DNA from: an uncultured delta proteobacterium
GTDB taxonomy: Bacteria > Myxococcota > Myxococcia > Myxococcales > Myxococcaceae
Assembly (NCBI GenBank): GCA_963713045.1
Contig: CAVQKE010000003.1
Coordinates: 160,001 to 224,000 of the forward strand
Direction of reading: 5' to 3'
DNA length: 64,000 nt
Part shown: positions 9,421 to 18,651 of the stretch, piece after piece
How positions within the stretch are numbered: position 1 is the stretch's first letter
Layout: each line of letters opens with the position of its first letter
Made by a program: the position numbers and the translations under genes
The notes under the pieces: generated by a model
Database searches by the model: none
Seen by the model: the letters and a program-made list of their open reading frames with translations, nothing else
What the model was told of the DNA's origin: nothing

Positions 9421-10692
9421 TCAGGACAGGCGAGGCAGCACCGGTGGTTTGTGCCGGTGTGTGACGGCGTACTCCACCAGGTTTTTGATGTCGTAGCAGA
9501 TTTGGCGGATGTCGTGCCCCATCGTCAACTCAATGTGGCTGTTGCCCTTCACCGGACGCCACAGAAGGTAGTCACTCTTGGCGGCGCGGTAGACGCTACG
9601 GGTGGAGTCCACCGAGGCCAATGGGTCCATGTCCCCGAAGATGATGGCCATCGGCACGGCAATGTTGGCAAACCCCTGCTTGAAGTCATACCCGCTGCGG
9701 TAGCACTTCAGCTCGCGTCCTCGAATCCACCGCGCAAACTGCTCAATCACCTTGCGTGGCTCGCGCTCGCCGCCCTCTCGCAGCAGCCATCGCAAGTCCG
9801 CTCCACTGGCACGCGAGGGGTTGGACAGCCAATTCACCCGTCTGGCCAGCGCGTCGTACAGCGGGTGCACTTCGGCGCGGGCGATGAGGCGCTCCAGCGT
9901 CTTCAGCCAGTCGTCCATCGGGACGTAGTTGAATTGCACCTCGGCCGGCGCGGGGCCTGGGTCCTGCAGCCGCTTGGCCACGGGAAGCCTGACGGCGCCC
10001 AGCGCCCCGGCCGCCAGTCGGCGGAGCCCGTGCACGGCCCGCCGCTCGGCGTTGACGGCGCCGAAGGCGAAGTCCACCACCGGGCCGAAGAGGGGCCCGG
10101 AGGCTGCCAGGGCCCTCAGCAGGGGAAAGCCGCGTCCGAGGTCCGCCGGGGCGCCAATGGTGACCATCCCCTCGAAATCCGCGTGCAGCCCGGCGTGCCC
10201 GTAGCCGAGGATGCCCCCCATGGAGTGGCCAATGTAGAAGACGCGCGCGCGCCCGGTGGCGGCCTTCACCGCGGCAATGCCGGCCGGCAAGTCGTGCAGG
10301 AAGTAGCTGTCAATGTCCCAGCCGTAGTCCAGGTCCTCGGGCGGGGGGACGCCGGCCGCTTCGGCGCGGGCGCGCTGCAGTTCCAGGCTGCTTTTGCCAT
10401 GCCCACGCAACTCGAGGATGTGGATGTCGGCCCCGAAGAAGAGGAGGTTTTTGACGAATTCCCCGCTCGTCCACGCGTGCCGGTTTTGGGAAAAGCCATG
10501 CACCAACAGCAGTGGCTCGCCGAAAAGCGGCTGGGGAAAGCCCTGGGGGACTGGCTGGTAGCGCGTCACCACCAACGTCCAGCCGTCTGGGGTTTGCGCC
10601 TCGTAGTCGCTCTTGCGGTAGAGCTCCCGAAACGCCACCTCATCCACTGAGGGGGGGTGCGGCGAGCCCGCTCGGGCATTCGGCAGGCGCAT
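9421..10692 (-). CDS. Alpha/beta hydrolase (lipase-like)
   Basis: LLLVHGFSQN, ELRGHG, GHSMGG nucleophile, GDMDPLA, SHIEL. Confidence 0.85.
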   Translation of the reverse strand: MRLPNARAGSPHPPSVDEVAFRELYRKSDYEAQTPDGWTLVVTRYQPVPQGFPQPLFGEPLLLVHGFSQNRHAWTSGEFVKNLLFFGADIHILELRGHGKSSLELQRARAEAAGVPPPEDLDYGWDIDSYFLHDLPAGIAAVKAATGRARVFYIGHSMGGILGYGHAGLHADFEGMVTIGAPADLGRGFPLLRALAASGPLFGPVVDFAFGAVNAERRAVHGLRRLAAGALGAVRLPVAKRLQDPGPAPAEVQFNYVPMDDWLKTLERLIARAEVHPLYDALARRVNWLSNPSRASGADLRWLLREGGEREPRKVIEQFARWIRGRELKCYRSGYDFKQGFANIAVPMAIIFGDMDPLASVDSTRSVYRAAKSDYLLWRPVKGNSHIELTMGHDIRQICYDIKNLVEYAVTHRHKPPVLPRLS

Positions 10693-10750
10693 GTAACCGT
10701 CCAATGTATTGGGGCTGCCGCGGCGCGCCAAGCATTGCGTGCGGGTTCCT

Positions 10751-12082
10751 TCAACCCTCCGTGCTTGCGGGCGTTTGGCGTGCCGCCAGGTAAGCCTTCA
10801 CCGCACCCACCAGGTAGAGGGACCCGGCGATGAGGAGAATGTCGTCCGCTGCCGCGCCGGCCTCTGCTGTGGCCAGCGCCTTCTCCGCGGAGGCCTCCAC
10901 CCGCACCAGCGGGCAGAGGCGCTGCGCTTCGGTGAGGTAGGCGCTCGGCGGAAGCCCGCGCGGCGTCTCCAGCGGCGTCAAGGTGACGGAGGCCATGCGG
11001 GGCAGCAGGGCGGCCAGCATCGGCACCACCTCCTTGTCCTTCACCACGCCGAAGACGAGGTGGACGCGGCGGCCGGCGTACTGCGTGTCCAGCGCTTCGC
11101 GCAGCACCTGGGCGCCCGCGGGGTTGTGGGCGCCGTCCAACAGAAGCAGCGGAGCGCCGGGCACCTCCTCCAGGCGGCCCGGCCAGCGCACCTCGCGCAA
11201 GCCCTGAAGTCTCGCCGCCTCTGGGATGACTGCCCCGGCATCCCCCAATTCATCCACCAGCGCCAGAGCGAGCGCCGCATTCTGCTGCTGGTGCCGGCCG
11301 GCCAGTCCGAGGCGAATGCCCACAAGGCGCCGCGGGCCATGGCGGTACACCAGGCTGCCGCCGCCGTCCTCCTCCACGGCGAAGTCGATGCCTTCTTGGA
11401 CCAGGGGAGCCCCCACCCGGGTGGCCTCGCTGCGCAGCCGCTGCGCGGCCTCTTCCGGCTGGCGGGCCACCACCGCCGGCACCCCGGCGCGGAAGATGCC
11501 CGCCTTCTCCGTGGCAATGGCCGACAGGGTGTCCCCCAATAGCTCGGTGTGGTCGAGGCCCAGCGCCGTGACGGCAGTGACACGCGAGACGCAGGTGGCG
11601 GTGGCGTCCAGGCGCCCGCCCAGCCCAGTCTCCAGCACGGCGAAGTCCACGCCCTCCTCGGCAAAGTGCCAGAAGGCCGCCAGGGTGCCCAACTCAAAGT
11701 AGGTCAGCGTGGCGGCCGTCGGCGCGCGTTGAAGGACGTCCAGCAGCCGTCGGCCCAGCGCCGGGTCGTCAATTTCTGCGCCTTGCAGGCGGATGCGCTC
11801 GTTGAAGCGAATGAGGTGCGGCGAGGTGTACAGCCCCACCCGGTAGCCAGCCGCCCGCAGCACCGCGTCCACCATGGCGCAGGTGCTGCCCTTGCCGTTG
11901 GTGCCGGCCACATGGACCGCCGGGATGCGCGCCTCCGGATGGCCCAGCTCGGCCAGGGCGGCGCGCATGCGCTCCAGCCCCAGCACCACCGTCGAGGGGG
12001 AGCGGCTGTGGAGAAAGGCTAAGGCCTCTTCAGGCGTGGACGGCACAGGGAAAAGCCCGGGGGCATGGGCCTTCTGGGTCAA
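10751..12082 (-). CDS. folC: Folylpolyglutamate synthase/dihydrofolate synthase
   Basis: HVAGTNGKGST, YTSPHL..FNERI, ETGLGGRLDAT, WPGRLE, LDGAHN. Confidence 0.96.
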   Translation of the reverse strand: MTQKAHAPGLFPVPSTPEEALAFLHSRSPSTVVLGLERMRAALAELGHPEARIPAVHVAGTNGKGSTCAMVDAVLRAAGYRVGLYTSPHLIRFNERIRLQGAEIDDPALGRRLLDVLQRAPTAATLTYFELGTLAAFWHFAEEGVDFAVLETGLGGRLDATATCVSRVTAVTALGLDHTELLGDTLSAIATEKAGIFRAGVPAVVARQPEEAAQRLRSEATRVGAPLVQEGIDFAVEEDGGGSLVYRHGPRRLVGIRLGLAGRHQQQNAALALALVDELGDAGAVIPEAARLQGLREVRWPGRLEEVPGAPLLLLDGAHNPAGAQVLREALDTQYAGRRVHLVFGVVKDKEVVPMLAALLPRMASVTLTPLETPRGLPPSAYLTEAQRLCPLVRVEASAEKALATAEAGAAADDILLIAGSLYLVGAVKAYLAARQTPASTEG

Positions 12083-12942
12083 TCCATCAGCGAAAGCAGT
12101 GCGCCGAGGCGGGTCCGCAACTCTCTGCGCGGGACAATGGCATCCACCATCCCGTGCTCCAACAGGAATTCACTGCGCTGAAAGCCCTCGGGAAGCTTCT
12201 GTCGGATGGTTTGCTCGATGACGCGTGGCCCGGCAAAGCCGACCAGCGCCTTCGGCTCGGCCAGCACCACGTCGCCCAGCCAGGCGAAGCTGGCGGCCAC
12301 GCCGCCGGTGGTGGGGTGCAGCATGACGGAGATGTAGGGCTTGCGGACGCTGCGAAAGCGGGCCAGCGCGGCCGATGTCTTTGCCATCTGCATCAACGAG
12401 AAAATCCCCTCCTGCATCCTTGCGCCGCCCGACGCGTTGAAGATGAGCGCCGCGCAGCGGTGTTGAAGGGCCCTTTCAAAGACGCGGGTGACTTTCTCAC
12501 CCACCACCGAGCCCATTGAGCCGCCCATGAATTCGAAGACGAAGGCGCCCACCGAGACACGGTGGCCTTCCAGTCGGCCCATTCCGGAGACGAAGGCGTC
12601 CGTCTCCCCCAGCGCGCGGCAGGTGGTCCGCAGCCGGTCCTTGTAGCGCTTGCTGTCCGAGAAGCCCAAGGGGTCCTCGGCCACAAGCTCGGTGTCCATT
12701 TCCTCGAAGCTTCCCGGGTCGAGCAGCGTCTGCAGCCGCACTCGTGCCGGCCAGGGCAAGTGGTGTCCGCACAACGGACAGACGTTCCAGTTCCGCTCGA
12801 TTTCCTGGCGGTAAATAATCTCGTTACAGGCGTCGCACTTGGTCCACAGGCCCTGCATGCGGGAGGGCTGCTGGCGCAGCGCCTCGACGTCCGCCGGCTC
12901 GACCGGGGCAATGCGCGGCTTCTTCGAGAACCAGGCGGCCAT
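12079..12942 (-). CDS. accD: Acetyl-CoA carboxylase carboxyltransferase beta subunit
   Basis: LWTKC..C..VCPLC zinc finger, FMGGSMGSVVGEK, GGARMQEG, GFAGPRVIEQT. Confidence 0.97.
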   Translation of the reverse strand: MAAWFSKKPRIAPVEPADVEALRQQPSRMQGLWTKCDACNEIIYRQEIERNWNVCPLCGHHLPWPARVRLQTLLDPGSFEEMDTELVAEDPLGFSDSKRYKDRLRTTCRALGETDAFVSGMGRLEGHRVSVGAFVFEFMGGSMGSVVGEKVTRVFERALQHRCAALIFNASGGARMQEGIFSLMQMAKTSAALARFRSVRKPYISVMLHPTTGGVAASFAWLGDVVLAEPKALVGFAGPRVIEQTIRQKLPEGFQRSEFLLEHGMVDAIVPRRELRTRLGALLSLMD

Positions 12943-12955
12943 GGGGCCCCTGTGC

Positions 12956-13711
12956 CTATAACTCGAAGCTGTCTCCCAGCTCCAGCACCCTCACCGGGAG
13001 GTCCGCCAGTTCCCGTTTGAGTGCCGTCACAAAGGCCGGCTTCAGGTGGTAGAGCAGCACGCTCGAGCCATTGCGCTGAAACTTGGCCAACTCGGTGCGC
13101 AGCGTGCGCGGGGTGAGATGTCCGGAGAGGTCCGCCAGCGCCTGCATCTCGCTGGGAAAGCTGGTTTCGAGCAGCAGCGCCTTGAGGTTGGGGGTGGCGT
13201 TGAGGACTTCCCACAGCCGGTCGGTCGGCCCGGTGTCACCGCTGATGCCGAGGGCGGTGTCCCCGTGACGCACCACGAAGCCGCAGCTCTCCACCGGGTG
13301 ACTGACCAGGACGCTGCTGACTTGGTACGGGCCGGCCTGGAACGTCTCGCCCGCCCGGAAGGCTCGCAATTCGAGAACCGGGTTTTTCGGCGAGGGGATG
13401 CCGGTGAAGTCCGGCCAGAGGGCGTCGTTGAAGATGTTTTTCTGCAGCGTCTTGACGCACGCCCGGCTGGCCCACACCGTCACCGGGCGTTCTCGCCGGC
13501 CCACCATCAAGTCCGCCAGCAGCGGCAGGTCCTTGACGTGGTCGAAGTGGCTGTGGGTGAGAATGATGTGGTCGACGCGGGCCAGCGCGTCGAGTTCCAA
13601 GCTGGCGCACAACGCGCCGGCGTCGAGCGCCAGCACCCCATCCACCAGAAAGCAGGTGGTGCGGCAGTCGGGCAATTCGCCGCCGTGGCAGCCGAGGACG
13701 GAGAGCTTCAC
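12956..13711 (-). CDS. 3',5'-cyclic-nucleotide phosphodiesterase (class II-like, MBL fold)
   Basis: VLGCHGG, LDAG, THSHFDHV, WPDF, SGDTGP, SGHLTP, YHLKP. Confidence 0.85.
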   Translation of the reverse strand: MKLSVLGCHGGELPDCRTTCFLVDGVLALDAGALCASLELDALARVDHIILTHSHFDHVKDLPLLADLMVGRRERPVTVWASRACVKTLQKNIFNDALWPDFTGIPSPKNPVLELRAFRAGETFQAGPYQVSSVLVSHPVESCGFVVRHGDTALGISGDTGPTDRLWEVLNATPNLKALLLETSFPSEMQALADLSGHLTPRTLRTELAKFQRNGSSVLLYHLKPAFVTALKRELADLPVRVLELGDSFEL

Positions 13712-13715
13712 AGGG

Positions 13716-14366
13716 TTAGAGTTCTCCGAATTTCCAGCGCATTTCCAAATAGGACAGGTATTCGTCAAGCCGGGCGGTGTCACGCACCGTCAGGCGGTCC
13801 CCACTGCGCTCCACCATTCCCAGCCGTTCCAGTCGCTCGAGCATGCTTTGCACGCCGGGCTCGCCGACGCCGGTGAGCCCGGGCAATTCGCGGAGTTCGA
13901 GGTCAATCTCAACGCCCTCCTCGGCCGCCCGGCCCCGCGTCTGACAGGCGCTGAGCAGGTGGTGCACCACGCGGCTGCCGGGGTCGGCCAACAGCAGCGT
14001 CTCAATCTGCGCGTCGGCGTCGGCCAGACGTTCGGCCAGCTTCTTAATCATCCGCACCGCAATTTCCGAGTTGCCGCGAATCATCCCTTCGAATGTCTTC
14101 GGGTCAATCACCAGCAGCCGGGCCGCCTCCGCCACCGTGGCGGAGGCGTTGCGCGGCTTGTTGGAGATGAGCGCCATCTCTCCGAAAAACTCGCCCGGGC
14201 CGAGGACGGCCAGCGTCTTCTGTTCGTCCCGCACCTTCTTGGTGATGACGACGCGGCCGGACTGCAACACGTACATCTCCTTTCCGCTCTCTCCCTCGCG
14301 GAAGAGGACGGTGGACTTGGGAAATTCCTTTCCGAAGCGCTGAAAGAGGGGGTCCTCGGCGCTCAT
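13716..14366 (-). CDS. Crp/Fnr family cNMP-binding regulator
   Basis: LFREGESG..MYVLQSG, PGEFFGEMALISNKPRNASA, C-terminal HTH. Confidence 0.92.
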   Translation of the reverse strand: MSAEDPLFQRFGKEFPKSTVLFREGESGKEMYVLQSGRVVITKKVRDEQKTLAVLGPGEFFGEMALISNKPRNASATVAEAARLLVIDPKTFEGMIRGNSEIAVRMIKKLAERLADADAQIETLLLADPGSRVVHHLLSACQTRGRAAEEGVEIDLELRELPGLTGVGEPGVQSMLERLERLGMVERSGDRLTVRDTARLDEYLSYLEMRWKFGEL

Positions 14367-14465
14367 GAAGCCAGTCGATTCAGGGTGGAGGAGAGTATTT
14401 CGGCGGAGGCATGTCCGGTCAAAGAAGGCGCCTGCCCAAGCTGGCACCGCTTCGGCCGGATTGCC

Positions 14466-16820
14466 TTACCTTACCACCCCGGCAGACGCCGCGTCCCAAT
14501 CCGGCCCGGGCGGTGAAAGCTTGAGAAAGCCCACCTCGTCGAGGTACCGCCGGGCCGGCCCATCCGTGGGCCACAGCCGCAACACTTCTTGGAAACGCCT
14601 CTCAGCCACCTCGAAGTCCCGGGCGCTGAAGGCATCCACTCCGGCCTCGAAGCACGCCACCGCCTCTGCCTCCGCGGGGGCGGGCGCACCCAGGTGGCGC
14701 AATTCGTAGACTTGCGTTGGGTGCTTCTTTCCTCGCACTCGCACCGACCCCAGCCTCCTTGCGCACACCTTGCCCTCCACCTGCGCGCGCGTCTCCTCGG
14801 ACAGAAGCACCCGGGTTCCAAATAGTTTGTTGGCACCCTCCAGCCGGCTCGCCAAATTCACGGCGTCCCCCATCACCGTGTAGTCAAAGCGGACGTTGGA
14901 GCCCATGTTGCCCACCACCATCTGCCCGGTGTTGATGCCGACGCCAATCTCCACCTCTCCGAGGCCCTCGGCACGCCACCTTGGCCGCAGCTGCTCCAAC
15001 TCCTGCAAAAAGCGCATCGCCGCGCGACAGGCCCGCAGGGCGTGGTCCTTCTGGGGCACCGGTGCGCCCCAGAAGGCCATCAGCGCGTCTCCAATGTACT
15101 TGTCCAGGGTGCCCCCCTCCTCAAACACAATCGTCGTCATCGGAGTGAGGTAGCCATTCACGAAGCGCACCAACGCCTCGGGCGCGGTGCGCTCCGCAAT
15201 TCCGGTGAAGCCACGAATGTCGCTGAAGAGGACAGTCAGTTCGCGCTTCTCCCCGCCCAGCTTGAGGTGGTCCGGATGCTCCAACATCTCGGTCATCACC
15301 GCCTCGCTCAGGTAATAGCGAAAGGTGCGGCGCAGGCGCAGCTTCTCCCGGTCCGTGGAAAGCCAGCCCACCAGCGTGACAGCGGACGCCACCGCGAGGA
15401 GCCCGGCCGCGGGCAGCACCAGCGCCAGCTGAATGCCGTGGCGAAGCAGCACCTGCCCCAGAAGCCACCAGGCAGTCACCAACGCGAGAGGCACCCCCAC
15501 CCGCCAGCCCGCCCCCACCCGAGGCAGAAGCCGGCCCAACAGAAGCGCTCCGCCCAGAAGAAAGGCCACCTCCAGCCACACCAACCACGGCCCGCGCTGC
15601 AAGTACCGTCCGGACAAAATGGCCGAAAGCATCACCGCGTGCGCGAAGACGCCGGGCTCCACCTCCCGAAAGGGCGTCACCACCTGGTCGAAGGAGCCCA
15701 CCAGCGTCACCCCCACCAGCACCGTCTTGCCGGCCAAGACGGCGGCGCTGGGGTCGGCTGAAAGCACGTCCGCCATGGACAGCGTCGGCACCACCGAGGC
15801 TGGGCCCAGCCAGGGAATGCGCGCGTAGGGTTCCTGCACTTCATTCGGAACCTCGCGCACCACCTCGCGCCCACGCCGCAGCCGGGCTCCCACCAACCGC
15901 TGCAGCACCGGGTCCCAGTCCGCCTCGACGTCGGCGCCCAGGGCCACCGCCGCCGTCTGCAACTCGAGGCTCGGCAACAGTCCCTGGGGCACCTCCAGCT
16001 GGATAAAGAGGGGCGTCCGGCGCAGCACGCCGTCCGGGTCCAGCCTCACCATGTAGTGGCCAAGGCGCGTCTGCGGCCGGACGAAGCTGCGCAGGGGCGC
16101 CTGCGCGCTGCGGTAGCGGTCCGCCAGCCAGGCCGTCCATGGCACCTCGTAGCGCGCCGCCTGGTGGGCCATCGGGAAGGTGGTGAGCAGCTTGGGCGCC
16201 AGCACCTCCGCATCCACCGCGGCGCGGGCGGCAAAGTCCGCCGCCTCCGAGGGGCGGTAGGCCTCCACCCCTTGGACGAAGCTGGGCGGCGCCAGGGCGG
16301 CCGCCAGCTCAGCGTCCGGGTCCTCCGCGGCCCGCGCCTGCAGTGCCAGGCGGACGGGCTGCAGCGCCGAGCGTTCCGTCTTGGGGAGTTTCTCGCTGGC
16401 CGCGTCCACCTCGCCCAGCACTGCGGCCCAAGGCCCAGCGGGCGCCTCGTCGGTGAACGTCATGTCCAGCCCGACCGCCACTGGCCGCAACGCCTGCAGG
16501 CGCTTCAAGCCCTGGGCAAGCAAGTCCCGCGGCCAGGGCCAGCGCCCGTGGCGCTGGATGGCCTTTTCGTCAATGGCCACCACCCACAGCTCCGGCGCCG
16601 GCGGCACCGGGCCCCGCAGCAGAAATTGGAGGTCCTCGGCCTTGCCTTCGGCTGAGGCCAGGCCTCGCAGCAGCACCTCGCGTGCGCTGGCTGGCCCGCT
16701 GCCTCCACTGGGAAGGGCCGCCCCCTCAAACCAAATGTGCAGCGCCGCCACCAGGGCGGCCAGCGCCAAGGCCGCCATTTCATAGCGGCCGCGAAAGAGG
16801 AGTTTGGGGAGGCGTTCCAT
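14466..16820 (-). CDS. CHASE2-domain class III adenylate/guanylate cyclase
   Basis: VVAIDEKAI..GRWPWPR, DPDGVLRR, TM helices, VLFSDIRGFT, DKYIGDALMAFWGAP, YTVMGDAVNLASRLEG. Confidence 0.93.
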   Translation of the reverse strand: MERLPKLLFRGRYEMAALALAALVAALHIWFEGAALPSGGSGPASAREVLLRGLASAEGKAEDLQFLLRGPVPPAPELWVVAIDEKAIQRHGRWPWPRDLLAQGLKRLQALRPVAVGLDMTFTDEAPAGPWAAVLGEVDAASEKLPKTERSALQPVRLALQARAAEDPDAELAAALAPPSFVQGVEAYRPSEAADFAARAAVDAEVLAPKLLTTFPMAHQAARYEVPWTAWLADRYRSAQAPLRSFVRPQTRLGHYMVRLDPDGVLRRTPLFIQLEVPQGLLPSLELQTAAVALGADVEADWDPVLQRLVGARLRRGREVVREVPNEVQEPYARIPWLGPASVVPTLSMADVLSADPSAAVLAGKTVLVGVTLVGSFDQVVTPFREVEPGVFAHAVMLSAILSGRYLQRGPWLVWLEVAFLLGGALLLGRLLPRVGAGWRVGVPLALVTAWWLLGQVLLRHGIQLALVLPAAGLLAVASAVTLVGWLSTDREKLRLRRTFRYYLSEAVMTEMLEHPDHLKLGGEKRELTVLFSDIRGFTGIAERTAPEALVRFVNGYLTPMTTIVFEEGGTLDKYIGDALMAFWGAPVPQKDHALRACRAAMRFLQELEQLRPRWRAEGLGEVEIGVGINTGQMVVGNMGSNVRFDYTVMGDAVNLASRLEGANKLFGTRVLLSEETRAQVEGKVCARRLGSVRVRGKKHPTQVYELRHLGAPAPAEAEAVACFEAGVDAFSARDFEVAERRFQEVLRLWPTDGPARRYLDEVGFLKLSPPGPDWDAASAGVVR

Positions 16821-16941
16821 CAGAAGGGGGCCCGGGGGGGCGGAGCAGCTGTCCCCCTTAGTCTCCTCCAACCCTGGCCCCGGGCCGCAGCCAATTCCTC
16901 CCCCCCGGCCGACACCCGGATGGCGTACAAGGACTCCTTCG

Positions 16942-17979
16942 GTGGGCACCACCTACAAGGACTCGGGGGTCGACATTACCGCCGGGGATGCGCTCGTCGA
17001 ACGCATCGCCCCTCTGGCGGCACGCACGCTGCGGCCGGAAGTCCTCTCCGGAGTGGGCGGCTTCGGGGGGCTTTTCGCCTTGCCGCCCGGACGCTGGAGG
17101 GAGCCGGTCCTGGTCGCCGGCACCGACGGGGTAGGCACCAAGCTGAAGGTGGCCTTCGCCGCCGGCCACCACAGCAGCATCGGCATCGACTTGGTGGCGA
17201 TGAGCGTCAATGACGTCCTCACCTCCGGCGCCGAACCGCTCTTCTTTCTGGACTACTTCGCCACCTCGCGGCTGCAGGTGGACCAGGCAGCCGCAGTGGT
17301 GTCCGGCGTGGTGGAGGGTTGCGCGCAGGCTGGGTGCACGCTCCTCGGCGGAGAGACGGCGGAACTCCCCGGCTTCTACAGCCAAGGGGAATATGACTTG
17401 GCCGGCTTCTGCGTCGGCGTGGTGGAGCGCTCGCGCTTGATTGACGGCCACACCATCCGGCCGGGGGACGCCCTGCTGGGCCTGGCCTCCTCCGGGCTGC
17501 ACTCCAACGGCTTCTCGCTGGCGCGTCGGGTGCTTTTGGAAAAGGCCCATTTGAGTCTTGACGACCGGGTGGAGGGCCTCGAGCGGCCGCTGGGGGAAGA
17601 ATTGCTCGAGCCGACGCGCATTTACGTCAAGGACGTCCTGGCCCTGCGCGAGGCGGTGGACATCCGCGGGCTGGCCCACATCACCGGGTCGGGCCTGCCG
17701 GGCAATGTCCCGCGCTGCCTGCCCAAGGGCACGCGGGCCGTTCTGCAGGCCTCCCGCTGGCCTTGTCCGCCCATCTTTCCCCTCATCGCTCGGTTGGGGG
17801 CCGTCTCCCGCGAGGAGATGTTTTCTACCTTCAACATGGGCCTCGGCATGGTGTGCGTCCTGCCGGCAGTGGACCTGGCAGCCGCCGTGGAGTTTCTCCG
17901 CGGTCGGGGCCTGGCGGCCTATGACGTTGGGCGGGTGGAAGCCGCGCCAGGAGAGCCCACCGCGGTCGTCCTGCCATGA
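16942..17979 (+). CDS. purM: Phosphoribosylformylglycinamidine cyclo-ligase
   Basis: TYKDSGVDI, GGFGGLF, DGVGTK, GGETAE, SSGLHSNGFSL, HITG, TFNMG. Confidence 0.97.
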   Translation: MGTTYKDSGVDITAGDALVERIAPLAARTLRPEVLSGVGGFGGLFALPPGRWREPVLVAGTDGVGTKLKVAFAAGHHSSIGIDLVAMSVNDVLTSGAEPLFFLDYFATSRLQVDQAAAVVSGVVEGCAQAGCTLLGGETAELPGFYSQGEYDLAGFCVGVVERSRLIDGHTIRPGDALLGLASSGLHSNGFSLARRVLLEKAHLSLDDRVEGLERPLGEELLEPTRIYVKDVLALREAVDIRGLAHITGSGLPGNVPRCLPKGTRAVLQASRWPCPPIFPLIARLGAVSREEMFSTFNMGLGMVCVLPAVDLAAAVEFLRGRGLAAYDVGRVEAAPGEPTAVVLP

Positions 17980-18632
17980 CGCGCCGGGCCTTGGCGGTGC
18001 TGGTGTCCGGAACGGGCAGCAACCTGCAGGCGCTGCTGGAGGCGAGCGCCGCGCCGGACTTTCCCGCGCAGGTCGCGGTGGTGCTGTCCAACGCCCCGGG
18101 CGCCCTCGCCCTGCAGCGCGCGGAGAAGGTGGGCGTGCCGACGCTGGTGCTGCCCCACCAGCGGTACCAGGGACGCACCGCCTATGACGCCGCGCTGGTG
18201 GAGGCGCTGGCCCCGTACCGGGTGGACCTGGTTTGCCTCGCCGGCTTCATGCGCCTTGTCGGCGGGGACTTCCTCCGGGCCTTCCCGCAGGGGGTGTTAA
18301 ACATCCACCCCGCGCTGCTTCCCAGCTTCCCCGGGCTACATGCGGTGCGCCAGGCGCTGGCGCATGGCGCCAAGGTTTCCGGCTGCACCGTGCATCTCGT
18401 CGACGAGGGGACGGATACCGGCCCCATCATCGCCCAGGCTGCAGTCCCAGTCCTGGACACGGACAGCGAGGCGACATTGGGCGCGCGCATTCAGCAGCAA
18501 GAGCACCGACTCTACCCGTTGGCGGTGCGCCTTCTGGCCTCGGGCGCCGTGCGGCGGGAGGGACGGCGTCTCCTCGGCGGCGCTCCCCCAGAAGTCTCGG
18601 GCCTCGCACTCTTCAACCCAGGGCTCGGCTGA
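17976..18632 (+). CDS. purN: Phosphoribosylglycinamide formyltransferase
   Basis: SGTGSNLQA, LAGFMR, NIHPALLP, GCTVHLVD..DTGPII. Confidence 0.97.
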   Translation: MTRRALAVLVSGTGSNLQALLEASAAPDFPAQVAVVLSNAPGALALQRAEKVGVPTLVLPHQRYQGRTAYDAALVEALAPYRVDLVCLAGFMRLVGGDFLRAFPQGVLNIHPALLPSFPGLHAVRQALAHGAKVSGCTVHLVDEGTDTGPIIAQAAVPVLDTDSEATLGARIQQQEHRLYPLAVRLLASGAVRREGRRLLGGAPPEVSGLALFNPGLG

Positions 18633-18651
18633 GGGGACGCCGCCTTCGACA

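Noticed and set aside
7283..9496. Long plus-strand ORFs opposite real genes (737 aa here; also 2160-3776, 9349-10650, 22847-24322, 45760-46863 on minus)
   Set aside because: Antisense shadows typical of high-GC DNA; no motifs, and the opposite strand has clear genes
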